This document shows, piece by piece, positions 15,550-28,990 of a stretch of DNA of 64,000 bases. The position numbers were made by a program, and so were the translations under genes. The notes beneath the pieces were generated by a model. The model ran no database searches and was not told the DNA's origin. It worked only from the letters and a program-made list of their open reading frames with translations. Position 1 is the first letter of the stretch. Every line of letters begins with the position of its first letter. The stretch comes from the human T2T-CHM13v2.0 reference genome, Homo sapiens, in contig CP068257.2 of the NCBI GenBank assembly GCA_009914755.4, positions 19,488,001 through 19,552,000 on the forward strand. The letters are read 5' to 3'.

Positions 15550-16789
15550 TCACTTCATTTTTTTTTTCTGTGTTGTGATTCTTCTTTGTGTTCCTTGTAT
15601 GACTTTTGTCCTTTCCATAATGAGTGTAGGATATTAGCAGGAAGGTGACACTGGATTTGTGTTGATGGACTTGGGGAGAACCTTTGTAACGGTGTTTCAT
15701 TAGACTCAGTTCACCCCAGATACCAGCTTATTACCATCTCCTCTAGCATTTATATCTGAGGAACAGAGAAACTCATGTCTTTTGTCCTACCTTTTGTCCT
15801 ATTTCCAAGCTCTGATCAGGGCATATCAAAAAGCAATTTCTGGCTTGTGCTAGTTCCTTATCTTGGGAACAGCTGCAGTTCACATTCCCTAAGTGTGAGC
15901 AAGCACAGATGTCTTCACTGATTGTAAGGCTGAAGGTGGAAGAAAAACGTCCTTACTAGTATGCCTTGATCTGCCCCAGACGTTCCAATCTCTCCAGTTC
16001 ATTCTGCAAACCAGCATTGCAGTACTTTTTAAACCTTGGTGTGATAGTAAAAACAAGACAAAGCCAGGGGTTTCAGAGACAGATAGATGTGTTTGACCTG
16101 TCGTTTCTCCACATCATTTTCATTATCTGTAAATTGAAGATGATTACAGTAGTCGTAGTTCCCCAATCTTAAGCTACATCTCTAGTGTATTTATTTGCCT
16201 ACTACACAGTAGGAATCAATGATAACTGGAAGAGTTGACTGGTATTTCCCTCTCCATATTGTGAACTACATGAATATAAGGGATGCATCTTTTTTTAACA
16301 TTATTGCCATCCTCTCACATCTCCAGCAATATTGTAAACAGACAGCGACCCATATATACCTCCATTATGCTCTAACAGGTAACTGATTTTAGCAGTGACA
16401 TATTTATAATAAATAATTAGTGTATTTTGATTTGAAAAATAGACTTAATAATTAAAACTGAGTTTTATAGCTAAACATTCTGATACCAAAATAGATATAT
16501 ATATTTTTTGCTTCAATATACGACTGACACTTTCTTTGACACTGTGGAAGCCAACTTAGGTAAGGTAAGGTAAAATAACCCTTTAATGTAGTCATTGAAG
16601 TAATTTTTTGTCATACATATTCATCATTTTGTTCAGGTTATGGTATTTTAATGATAAATAATAGTTATATAATGCAGTCAGGTGAATGGTGGTCACCCCA
16701 GAAGATATGGCCACATCTGGATTCCCTGAACCTGTGAATAAAAGTTTTCTTACTTTGAAAAAGGATCTTCGCTTATGTAATTTAACATC

Positions 16790-17112
16790 TTGATATGTAG
16801 AGAGAATCCCGGATTCTCTGGGTGGGCTCTAAATTCAGACAAGTGTCTTTATAAGAAAAAGGCAGAGGGGGATTTGAGACAGACAGAAGTGAAGGAGGCA
16901 GTGGAACTACAGAGACAGAGCTGGAGTGAGGCAGCCACAAATCAAGGCTTGGCGAAGGCCACCAGAAGCTGTAAGAGGCAAAGAACAGATTCACCCCTAA
17001 AGCTTCAGAGGGAATGTGTCCCTGCTAAAATTTGGACTTCCAGCCTGAAGAGCTGTGAGAAAATACATTTTTGTTGTTTTAAGCCATCAGGTTTGTGGTA
17101 ATTTAGTTTGAA
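16790..17112 (-). mobile_element. MLT1-type (ERVL-MaLR) LTR, antisense, 5' portion
   Basis: ...CCAGCCTGAAGAGCTGTGAGAAAATACATTTTTGTTGTTTTAAGCCATCAGGTTTGTGGTAATTTAGTT is the reverse complement of the LTR start 'tgtaacaaattaccacaaacttagtggcttaaaacaacacaaatttattatcttacagttctggaggtcagaagtc'. Confidence 0.6.
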
Positions 17113-20086
17113 ATCTTCAGAAAATGAATACAGATGTGTTAATGTCTCTAGTTCTTGGCATCTGTTTCTGAAGATTAAGCACGACTTTTCACAAACAACC
17201 TTGATGCATTTTGTTTTCTTTATAGAATACAAGGAGAAAATTAATATACAAACTAACCAGGAAAAACATCTAATTGTAACAGTCTATAGATATTTTATCT
17301 CGCTTTCTGTCTGTTCACATGTGATGTAGGATAAATATTCAGGTAGTTTTTTAATTCACATTTTTGGAATTTTTACATTCTAAGGGGAAGATTAAATTGT
17401 TTGAAAATATGTGTGCAGAAGTATATAAAATAAATATATAAAAATGGCTATGCATATGTACATACACATACTTATGTGAAAATATTTTAAACATCAATGT
17501 ATGAATATTTAGTTCTATGTGTGAAAAATACTTAATACCATTATTTATTAAACTCAATTCCTTAATTATTAAAATTTACTCCTTTATTAAAAATAAATCT
17601 AAAATATTCACAAGTTCATGTCTTACACATATTTGCCTTGTTGGAAATATTCTGGTAATTTCTATGATAAGAAAACATTCATCATGAACAATTGTATAAT
17701 TTGCTCACTAATGATGATGGTGTCTCCAAGAATTTAGGACATCAGATTGTCATGGTGGGTTCTAAGATTTATCCAGAGTTTCTGTTTCAAGAGTATTTTT
17801 TATGGCTAGAATAAGTTTTCAGGTTACTCTTTAGAAAGTGATTAAAATAAAATTAAGATCCATTTTTAAGTCATTACAATTGGTATCATGTTATTGCTTT
17901 GTATTAATTGTATACACCATAGAGTAATAAGTATAAGGAACAAGACAGCTTGAAAAATAAGTGACACTGGAAATTTAAACACAGTTTGGTGGGATATAAA
18001 GACAAATAATTGCATCCTTCTAGGCATTGAAGCTAAACATTTCTATTTTGGTAATGTTGGCTAGAGCATCTGAAAATGCACATCAGGGTCTCTGGGCAGA
18101 GCAAACACTTCCTGTAAGCCATACCTTCAATAAATAATTCTTGGTGAAAATAAAACCATTAGCAGAAATAATGATAATCTTTTCCTTTTGGGCTTTAATA
18201 AATCATCCTACCGATGCTAACAAATGAAGTATATTATAAAATATGAAATAAATATAAATCTTAAAAATCATCTGAGATTGCCATTTCTCCAGTCTAAGCC
18301 TCATCAGCTATTTCTCTTAGTAGGACCACCAGGGTCCAGAATCTCATACCCTGATTTACAGCTGTTATTTTATTCAGAAGTGCTCATGAAGAGCTTATTC
18401 TTTGGTTTTCTCTTCTGTCACTTTTGTTCAGACCACCATGAAGAAAGTCCTGGAAAATCACTTTATTTTTCAACAATTTAATATGTTACAATTCCTGAAT
18501 CTGCATGCTACTTTTCAAAAATGAACACTAGTGAAATTTGAGGAGTCAAATTAATTCATTGATAAAAATCTCTGAACATTGCTATGAGGCCAGAGTGTAG
18601 CAGTTACTCTAAGAAGGCTTACAGTGTGCAGAAACAACAGAGAAAAGGTAATTTCTTAAATTAACCCTGATTTAACATGTACCCTGCTGTGAAGGACTCT
18701 ATATTTTAAAAATGGGCTATTTATCTATGGTCCAGGAGGCAAAGACTCTCCATTCAGGAAGCAGTAGTATCCTAAACAATACATACCTTCCCAGCATTGT
18801 ACATTTTTGTAACCTTGATTTTTCTATCATGATAAAATTAGAAGACATAACACTTCATAATTTCAAAACGTATAACACTTTTGTAAAAATGGTTTTCAAG
18901 TTTTTCGCTAGAAATTTTGTAAAGTTGCTACAGGTACGTGTAAACAAACTTGATATGATGAAACAACAAACTTCTCCTTATTTCCTTAGATTGTTCTTCT
19001 ATCAGGAGGCACATATTTGTTGTCTGGTGTCTCCTTTAATGATGTTAGCAGCTATTGATGATCTTTGCTAGATCCATTAATTCACTGGCAGTTGGAAATG
19101 GTTCTGTTTTAATGCCACAATTCTTTTCTCATTTATTAGCAGATATTTTTATAAAAAATCCTCTTATCAATGATATGGTTACCAGTGATACCAGAAAGGC
19201 AGAATAAATGTTGGATTTTTCCTATCAATTACTATATTCTAAAATAAAGTTTTGCATTCCTCACACCTTTATTAGTAATTAGTAGTTTTAATAAACATAA
19301 TTATTGACAGTTAGATATGAGAGCATATTTGATAGATTTCATTCCACTCAAGATGGTCTCATTCGTGCTCAAATTTTCTCCTCCTTTACTCATGGAAGGC
19401 TCTTAAATTTAGCAAAGTTCTTTTGACACTGCTCTGGTAGTCTTTTGGAGAGCCTCCACACTATCTGGCATGACAAGGTGTCCCAGGCCTAGGCTGTATA
19501 TCTACTGCCCTGGACCAGGAATCAGGCATTTGTCTGAAGTGAACTGATTAACTGATTACTTTTAGTGGGAAATTGTATCTGAACACCATAAATTGGGTTC
19601 AAGGTATGCTCATTAGTACTGTATTGATCTTTGCTTCCAGACATTTTAGAAAGCAGAGCCAGAAAAATAATAGATACATGAAAGATGATAGATAGAGATA
19701 AATGGATGAAATAAGTAGAAAGTTCATCTGAGTGTTTTAATTCAAATTCAGCCTTTAAGGGATTTTTGCATAATCGGTCATGTTACATCTTGATCTCCTT
19801 TCTTCTGGTTTATAACACTGGGAATAATTAAAGTAACATTTGCTTTATTCCATGATGCACATAAAGCATTCTCAGTTAGCAATAGCGAAAACAACTAATA
19901 TGAATACTATAAACATTTGTGACTTTTTTGGGTAGTTTTTCCTGTCCATAGAGTATATCTTGCTGTAAAAATACAGTCAAATTACTGTGACTGAAAGGCA
20001 CTTGGATAGTTTATGTTTGTGCACATGTGCATATTTAATAACTACAAATATATGTTTAACTTCACTTTTTAAATTATTTGACCGTT

Positions 20087-20399
<313 letters not shown>

Positions 20400-21788
20400 T
20401 TGACCATTATTTTTATTGTAATTATGTAAAATGTTTTTTGTGGTTTCTGGGTCAAAAAGCAAAGTGCATATAATAAAGTTGTATATTAACACACATCTGT
20501 ATTATATGCACTTTTATTTTTTCCCTTATAGTACATGGTTATAAAAACCATAATTAAATGTAAAGTATTCCTCATTCATTCATTTTCAGAGCTATGATTT
20601 TTGTAGGTGTAGCGTATTTTATTAAACTGTATTTTTGTAGACAGCAATTTTGGTTGTTATTAGATTTCGAGGGATCTCCCTCTATCTTATAGAATGTCAC
20701 AATTATTAGCCCTGGTCATACATCTTTATAAAAATATTTTTGCCGTTGTCCATTTTTGTTATATTCAAAGAAGTTATACTGCTTGGTCGAAGGGTAATGA
20801 TTAAGTTATTTGGTCACACATACCAAGTTACTGTTCATCGGGATTTTAACATTTTTTTGTCTCACTGCAAAGGTGTGAAGGTTCCTATTTAGCCAACCCC
20901 TGCTTAGCAGACTATGTGGTTAGGCTTTTGGGTTTTTTTCCATTGGAAGATGTGAGAAAATGGTATTTTTGTTTCTTTATTATTTTCATTTCATTTTATA
21001 TGAAGTGTGTGTCAACGCATCTATTTTTATAGGGTTATTGAAAATTTTATCTATTTTAGGTGTTCTTTATTAAACATATTAACTCTGATTCTTCAGTTTT
21101 GATTTGTTTTAGCTTGACTGTTTACTTGTGGTGTCCTTTGCCCTGTGAATTTTTAATGTAATCAAATGTACCTAATTTCTCATTGCGTCTGGATTTTGAG
21201 TTACAGTTTTAAAAGGTTTTCCCTCTCCCACTTGTAGAAAAGTTGACCAGATTTTCCTCTGTGTATAGTTTTATACTTTCACATTTCAGTCTGGTCCTTT
21301 TGGAATTTACCCTGATGCACAATATGATGAATTCACCCAATTTTATCTTTTTAATATTGTATCTTTTTATTTAAGTATTTTTTTCCCTCACTGTTCTACT
21401 ATGCTGTTTTTCTATTTTGGCGCCTTGGTTTTTCCATCTCTTCATGCACCAAAAACGCATTATTTAAAATATGTTTGGTGTCTTGTAGGCCTTTTCTCCT
21501 TTTTGCTCATTTTTTTTTCAGGAAGTTTTTTTTTTTTTTTTCCAGCAGTTATTTGTATTTATTTGTTTTTTAAGATAACTTTCTACTCATATTCTTGCAA
21601 TTCAGGGGAAATAAGAATTGTGATCATATTGGCATTGCTGTCAATCCTGAAATTAGTTAGTAGAAAACTCAATGTGTTATTTGTTTCACAACGTTTTTTG
21701 TCTATTTTCATACCTTTCATCTTTTAAAAAATCCCAAGTTAAATTGTGTATTATGTACCAACATCATACAATTAAAAATCAACCTTTT

Positions 21789-22083
<295 letters not shown>

Positions 22084-24202
22084 TCAACATTTCAAATTAC
22101 AAAACAAAATGATAAAATGGCATTCAAAATAACTTAAAAGATAATATCCTTGCCAAATTAGTTCAAGATTATACACTCCAAACCAAAATCATTGCTGAGA
22201 GAAAGCCAATGAAATTCAGATACATGGAGAGACACATGGTGATCATAGATCAGAAGAATCAACATATGTCAAGGTCTCAATTTCCTAAAATCGATCTACA
22301 CATTTCATTCAATCGAAATGTCTGTCTTTTTTTTTCTTAAAGTTAATATTTCCATTCTTTTGACATCTTTGAATTCCCCTTGAAATACAAGAGAAATCCT
22401 CACCACTTTAAGTCAAACACCTCTGTTCCCAAATATCTGACACATCTTCCTTCATTTATTTCTTCTTTCTTCCACTTACATTCATAGATTTAACTACAGA
22501 CAAAGCAAGACTAGGAAATCTAGTCTTGCTAGATGCATCTTGTTTAATGAAATGCTTAAGAAATGGAATATAGGAAAATGTAGAGAAACAAAGGCATAAA
22601 AGCATGTCAACACTAGTACAACTGATCTTTGAAATGTCAGGGGTCGCCGTGTTGTGAAAAGCAAATTAATATAGGACGCTGAAAGAAATAATGATCATGA
22701 AGAATTTAAAAATGTTACTGGCACTGATATGAATATTCTTCAAGCAATATTACTTTATACTAAAATGAATCCCTAATAGAGATTCAAGTTGATATCCACT
22801 GCAGGTTGCTACATCAAAGCATTTTATTTTTTTGATTACTCCACCAAATTTTTCATGGTTTCTTACCATTTAAAAACAAGAAAACCTCTGACAATAATGA
22901 AACAACAATAGAGTGAAGGGTTTTGAAGCCCATGCTAATATGAATTACAAATTATTTTTATAATAGATTCATTCACTATAACAAGAAAAACAACAAAAAC
23001 AAAAATATTTTAAATTGTGCTTACTTGCTTTTGATTATGCATAATGTCCTTCACCGTCTTGAGCATTACTTAGATGTTTTAAAATTGAATAGCTAATTTG
23101 AAATTGAGTATAAACCAAGAACAACTTACTGCAATTTATGTGTCACCACAATGATGATAACAATCTTCATAAAAATTCTTTTGTCCATCAAAGTATGCAA
23201 TATGTCTTATAACAAATTAAATGTTGATCAAAACATTACAGATAAATAGGCATACTTTTTATATAATAAAACCTTTAGTTCCTTGTTGTTCTGCAAAATT
23301 TTTAAGTAGTCTATAAATCTGTATGTTACAAACAATAAAATGAAGCCAAAAAGAAGTGGGTAAGAGGATTATTGCAAAAGGAAGCTATGGATAGTATAGT
23401 ATAACCAACACAAGAGAAGGTATAAATTAAAGATGTATTCAGAAGAGATTTAGAATACCCAGTATGCATGGTACAATTCAGGACACTGAGTACAAAACGA
23501 TAAATAAATAAGATGATTATTTATAATCCATGGATTTAATAGTCTTATAGGGAAGATAGTAACTCAGGTAGAGTGTGATAGATTTAACAATACTACTGTA
23601 CTTAAGGAGCTTGGTAAAATATTGACGATTGTGATTTAATTTGCCCGAAGGAAGAAGAAAGGCCAGGAAGCCTTCACAGAAGAGCTGGCACATAGACAGC
23701 AAAAATGGCAATGTCTTTAAATAGCAGTTCTGCCTGGAAACTTTTGCAACAGAGAAACACGTTTTTTGACAGTTTTTACAAGTAACAATGGCTAAAGTGA
23801 GAATATGAATTTAATAATTTCTATCACAATATGCCATTGTAAAAATTTTAAAAGGTAAGATTTTAGAATATGTGATTATATAAAATACTTATAATATTGG
23901 TTACTGAGTAAAATATTTTAAAATATTATAGTTCATACAAATACACTTTAAGAAAATACACTATTTCCATTGGTGTTATCACAGCCTTACTTTTTATTTT
24001 ATATCCAGGGTTTTTTGTTTTGTTTTGTTTTTTCATGGATTATAAAATGTTATAGAGGGAAAATTGTCTTTCTGACATGAATTTTGATCTGATTCTTCTG
24101 ATCATATGTTTAGGTCTTCTACAGTGATACTTAAATAATCTATAGGGACTGAAATTACTTGGGTGTACTAGGCAGCATTTTCCAGAGAAACAGAACCAAT
24201 AT

Positions 24203-24335
24203 ATACTCAATAGAATATATATGTGTATGTGTGTGTGTATATGTGATTATATAAAATACTTACAGGATATATATATATATATATATATATATGGATTATA
24301 TAAAATACGTGTATGTGTGTGTGTGTTTTTCCTTT
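24203..24335. repeat. Compound (TG)n/(TA)n microsatellite with a duplicated GATTATATAAAATAC motif
   Basis: TATGTGTATGTGTGTGTGTATATGTGATTATATAAAATACTTACAGGATATATATATATATATATATATATGGATTATATAAAATACGTGTATGTGTGTGTGTG. Confidence 0.9.
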
Positions 24336-24587
24336 ACTCAGAGCCATTTAACGTATTAAAGAACAGCTTTAAAAAAAACTTAAATTCACAGTTTCTTAAC
24401 AGCAATACATTTAATACCTTCGCAAGATTTCAAGTGAAAAACATACATTATTCATGCTACGGGTTTTAAATTTTCCTTGGATAACACCAAAAACATGGTA
24501 CTCAAACTGCATGTTTTAACATGAGGAACATGAACTATCATTTTGACACAAAGACAGGTTAAACAAAATAAAGGCAATGTGGAACTA

Positions 24588-24950
24588 CTCCAGTACCAGT
24601 GGACTTGCTGAAATCTCGCGCCCTGTCCCACTCCGGAACTCATACCGCTGCCTTCTACTCCGGAACTCAGACCGCTGCCTTCTACTCCGGAACTCAGACC
24701 GCTGCCTTCTACTCCAGCACCAGTGGACTTCCTGAAATCTCGCGCCCTGTCCCACTCCGGAACTCATACGGCTGCCTTCTACTCCGGAACTCATACCCTT
24801 TGCCTTCTACTCCGGAACTGATACCCTTTGCCTTCTAAGCCAGCACTAGTGGACTTCCTGAAATCTCGCGCCCTGTCCCACACCGGAGCTGGTACCGCTG
24901 CCTTCTACTTCAGCACATGGAACTCTGCCTCCGCAGTTCTTAGTCCGTAC
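24588..24950. repeat. GC-rich minisatellite with two nested periodicities: about 125 bp in about 3 copies, containing a 27-bp subunit CTCCGGAACTCA(G/T)ACCGCTGCCTTCTA in about 7 copies
   Basis: Each long unit begins CCAG(T/C)ACCAGTGGACTT(G/C)CTGAAATCTCGCGCCCTGTCCCACTCCGGAACTCAT... (starts about 24588, 24714 and 24838). The 27-mers are tandem inside each long unit. Track ORFs on both strands (24585-24794 minus, 24599-24838 plus) give reiterated peptides (RRQRSEFRS / TAAFYSGTQ), i.e. repeat artefacts. Confidence 0.9.
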
Positions 24951-25140
24951 CCGGCATTTCAACAAAAATGTAAATATTCAGAGATGTGTCACTGAATGAG
25001 AATTACTACAACATGCTAAAAAAAAGACAATTTATTTGTTGAATGTTGAAAGAAGGGGCTAGAATCAGTTGAAATTTAGAGTAGAAGGAAAATTTTGGAG
25101 TGACTCAGTCACTTCACTCTGATTTCATTTTATTTTTTAT

Positions 25141-25330
25141 TTTTTGAGACAGGGTCTTGCCCTGTCCCCTAGGCTGGAGTGCCGTGGTATACTCATGACT
25201 CACTGTAGCCTCAATATACATACACTAATATATATATACACTAATAATGCAGCCACAGTATACATACATGCCGTGGTATACTCATGACTCACTGCAGCCT
25301 CAGTATACATACACTGTATATATATGTATA
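25141..25330 (-). mobile_element. Alu 3'-terminal fragment (antisense) carrying an about 89-bp-period tandem duplication
   Basis: TTTTGAGACAGGGTCTTGCCCTGTCCCCTAGGCTGGAGTGCCGTGGTATACTCATGACTCACTGTAGCCTC is the Alu right-arm end in reverse complement. GCCGTGGTATACTCATGACTCACTG(T/C)AGCCTCA(A/G)TATACATACACT recurs at 25181-25227 and 25270-25316. Confidence 0.75.
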
Positions 25331-25348
25331 TATACATACACTAATAAG

Positions 25349-25538
25349 TATCAACAGATATATATTTAATAAATTTATATATATACACACTAGCGCATAT
25401 GCACACATACATCAAAAACATACATATATACTATATATAATATATAGTAATATAAAAACGTACATGTTTTTGATGTGTGTGCATATGCACTGGTGTGTAT
25501 ATATATAAATTTATTGAATATATATATATCTGTTGATA
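25349..25538. repeat. AT-rich near-perfect inverted repeat (arms about 78 bp, spacer about 32 bp)
   Basis: Arm 1 at 25349-25426 is TATCAACAGATATATATTTAATAAATTTATATATATACACACTAGCGCATATGCACACATACATCAAAAACATACAT. The reverse complement of arm 2 at 25459-25538 is TATCAACAGATATATATATATTCAATAAATTTATATATATACACACCAGTGCATATGCACACACATCAAAAACATGTACG, about 90% identity with small indels. Confidence 0.85.
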
Positions 25539-27127
25539 TGTTTATAAAATACCCTATTTATATAGGATATTTAAATTAGGATAATTTTTCATTCTCTATA
25601 TAATATATAGGATAATAATAGGATGAATAACATATAGGATATATATAAAGTGAAAAGCCAGTGCTGTGATTCCAGTCTGAATCTGAAGACCTGAGAACCG
25701 GGGGCACTGAGGGCAGGATAAGATGGATGTTCCAGCTCAGGCATTGAGGCAGAGAGAGTGCCAATCCTACCTTCCTCCCATTTTCTCCTATTCAGGCTCT
25801 CAATGTATCCTATGCTGTTCAGCCACATTGGGAAGGGCCATGTGCTTTATTTACTCAGCACACCAATTCAAATGCTAATCTTTTTTAGAAACAACTGTAT
25901 AAACATACTCAGAAATTATGTTTGATCAGATATCTGGGCAGCCTGTGTTCAGTCAAGTTAACACATAAAATTAATCATCACAGAGGATGTGTACTTAATT
26001 ATTTTGACCTCATAAATGAAGGCTTTCTCTAACTTTAATACTGTGGAACAAGCAGGGATACACAGCATGCCTAAGCAAAAATGCAAATAACTGGTGATAG
26101 TTTCTACTGGAAGATACTTCACAGGTAGGGGCACGTCTCTTTGACTGCTTTGTCATCAAACAGCCTCTCTGGAAAAATTTATTTGTCCTTGTAGGGAGAA
26201 GAAGATACTGTTAAAGTGGAGATTTTAAAATAAACCTAAAGTATGCAGATATACAGTGTTCAACACCAAAAACCTTAAGAACAGACATCTTCATTTTAAA
26301 TTTTCCTTTAGAATCTTTAAAAGTAGATAAGAATCCTAGGCCTGAAGCTTTTTTTGAGAGACGCTTTTTTAGGAACTGCTGTAAGAAGTATTCATAAGTA
26401 CTTAAGTTGTCATAGTTATTAATAGTTCTGAGAATTTCCCTTAGATTTCCCAGTATATTCAGTTGATGTTCAAATCTTTGCAGAGAAGTTGACCTGAAGG
26501 AGAATTAGGAAATTAACAGAATTAGAAAATAATTATAATCTGGGAATTATTCTTACAGTAGAAATAGTGTCAGTCTAAAGTTGTATATCTCATACCATAT
26601 TTACTAAAATTATTTATTTTGCTGGTAAGGCATGCATAAGCCACAGTGTATTTCCAAAAGAATATCCAGCTCTTTCAATGACGATTACTAATGTCCCTTT
26701 TCAAATTTAATGATTATAGGACCTTAGTTCAAATAAAAATACTGTATATATGTGGTTCTATTTCTGGACTCTATTATGTTCCATGAATCTGTATTTCTAT
26801 CATTATTCCAGCACTAAATTGTCTGGATATCTGTAAGTTTGTATAAAATCTTGAAATAAGGTAATGCACACTGTCTTTGTTCTTTATTGGAAAAATATTT
26901 TGGCTATTTGAGGTCTTCCTTTTCCATATAAATTTAAAACCTTCTTGGCAATTTTCTCAAAAAAAGTCTGCAGTTCATTTTTGGAGAATTACATTGAATC
27001 TATAGGTCAACTTGGAGATAATTGATATATTAGTAATATAGATTTTTCCAATTCAAGGTCATGGAATATTTCTCAATTTATTTAGATCTCTTTTAACTTC
27101 AGGAACTTTGTCTACTTTTTGATTTTT

Positions 27128-27795
27128 TATTTTACCTTAAGTTCTGGGATACATGTGCAGAATGTGCAGGTTTGTTACATAGGTATACATGTGCCTTGGT
27201 GGTTTGCTGCACGTATCAACCCATCATCTAGGTTTTAAGCCCTGCATGCATTAGGTATTTATCCTAATGCTCTCCCTCCCCTTGCCCCCCACCCCCCGAC
27301 AGGGCCCGGTGTGTGCTGTTTCCCTCCCTGTGCCCATGTGTTCTCATTTTTCAACTCCCACTTATCAGTGAGCACGTGTGGTGTTTGGTTTTGTTCCTGT
27401 GTTAGTTTGCTGAAAATGATGGCTTCCAGCTTCATCCATGTCCTTACAAAGGACATGATCTCATTGTTTTTTATGGCTGCATAGTATTACATGGTGTATA
27501 TGTGCCACATTTTCTTTATCCTGTCTATCATTGATGGGGCATTTGAGTTGGTTCCAAGTCTTTGCTATTGTAAATAATGTTTCAATAAACATACATGTGC
27601 CTGTTTCTTTATAGTAGAATGATTTATAATCCTTTGGGTATATAGCCCATAATGGGATTGCTGGATCAAATGGTGTTTCTAGTTCTAGATCCTTTAGGAA
27701 TTGCCACACTATTTTCCACAACGGTTGAACTAATTTACAGTCCCACCAACAGTGTAAAAGCGTCCCTATTTCTCCACAGCCTTCTACTTTTATGT
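27128..27795 (-). mobile_element. LINE-1 3' end (3'UTR plus ORF2 C-terminus), antisense, L1PA/L1PB-like
   Basis: TTAAGTTCTGGGATACATGTGCAGAATGTGCAGGTTTGTTACATAGGTATACATGTGCC... is the reverse complement of the L1 terminus '...catgtatacatatgtaacaaacctgcacgttgtgcacatgtaccctaaaacttaa'. It is followed by ...TTTTTTATGGCTGCATAGTATTACATGGTGTATATGTGCCACATTTTCTTTATCC... and ...CCCACCAACAGTGTAAAAGCGTCCCTATTTCTCCACAGCC, all matching the antisense of the L1 3' region. Confidence 0.85.
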
Positions 27796-28990
27796 GTTTA
27801 GGTTCCTTATATATTATGTGAAATTTTTTTCTAAATATTTTGTGTTTTTATTACTGTAAATGGTATTGTGTTTATAGCAAAGGTATTTTTCTTTGTGGAT
27901 ATAGAAATACAATTAATTATTGCATGTTGAGCAGTACCTTGCAAATATATTTACTTATTCTTATAGTTTTTTAAAATGTAATTTCTGCGAGTTGCTTACA
28001 AATTATTTGTGAATTAGTTTTACTTCTTGCCAAGATTTATACTTTTTTCTTTGTTTTCTTGCCTAGTCTGCTGCCTAGGGATTCCAGAAAAATTGTGAAT
28101 AGAGGTGATGAGAACAGATATCCTTGTCTTGTTCCTGATTTCAGGGAGAAAATATGCAAATTTTCACTATCAAATATGAGGTTAAATGTAGACTTTTAAA
28201 AGAGATTCTTGATCAGATTGAGGAAATGTTCTTATATTCCTAGTTTGCTATTTTATTATTAATTGATGTTGAATTTTGTCAGATTTTGGAGGCATCTATC
28301 TTTATGATCATATGGTTTTTATCTTTTATTTTATATATGTGATAACTTCCATTGTTTGATTTCCATTCTTGGGATAAATCCAGCTTCATCATGATATTGT
28401 CTGTGGTATATATTGTTAGATTCATTTTTCTTATATTTTCTTTTGGATTTCTGTGTCTATATTAGTGATGGTATTGTTTTCTGGTAATATATTTTTCTGC
28501 ATTTGGTATAAAGATAATGATATTTTTATAAAATTAATTGGGAAGTGTTCTCTGTTGATTTTAATTGGGAAGTGCTCTCTGTTGATTTTATGAAAAAGTT
28601 TATAGAAGCTGGATGCTATTTTTTCTTAAATGGTTGACAAAATTTATGGGCTATGTCATCTTGGCTAACTTTTTTTTGTGGGAAGATTTTAAAAATATAA
28701 TATATTTTTAATCGTGATATGTTTGATTGATACCATTCTTGTGTCAGTTTTGGTGGGTTTTGTCTTTCAAGGAGATTAGGATGATTAAATTTATATTTTT
28801 ATTTTCCAGTGTTATTTAAATCAATTAAAAAAACACTTCTGCATCTGGCAATTTAGATATATTTTTATTACCTATTTTGAATGTGATTCCTTAGGTTTAG
28901 ATAATATAATCTGGAGGATTTAGTCATATTACACTTTAGACTTAATTATGTTCCAGAATATTAAGTATCTTAGATAATATTTAATGTGTA
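27796..28990 (-). mobile_element. Older LINE-1 (L1M/L1PB-like) ORF2 region, antisense
   Basis: GGTGATGAGAACAGATATCCTTGTCTTGTTCCTGATTTCAGGGAGAAAATATGCAAATTTTCACTATCAAATATGAGGTTAAATGTAG matches antisense 'tggtgagagtgggcatccttgtcttgttcctgatcttagaggaaaggctttcagcttttcaccattgagtatgatgttagctgtgg'. ...TTGATGTTGAATTTTGTCAGATTTTGGAGGCATCTATCTTTATGATCATATGGTTTTTATC matches 'gatgttgaattttgtcaaatgctttttctgcatctattgagatgatcatatgatttttatc'. Not collinear with the preceding 3'-end piece, so there is a junction near 27796. Confidence 0.7.

Noticed and set aside
18712-19071. 119-aa ORF on the + strand in unique AT-rich sequence, and similar unique-sequence ORFs at 32513-32836 (107 aa, - strand) and 34590-34907 (105 aa, + strand)
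   Set aside because: No Kozak-like start, no splice-site-bounded structure, no CpG or codon-bias signal, and no homology I recognise. ORFs of about 100 codons are expected by chance across 64 kb in six frames. Without an alignment search I cannot exclude a small exon, but nothing in the sequence supports one.
24585-24838. Overlapping ORFs on both strands (69 aa on -, 79 aa on +) with internally repeated peptides
   Set aside because: These are artefacts of the 27-bp (9-codon) periodicity of the minisatellite. They are open in multiple frames and strands simultaneously, which is typical of repeats rather than genes.
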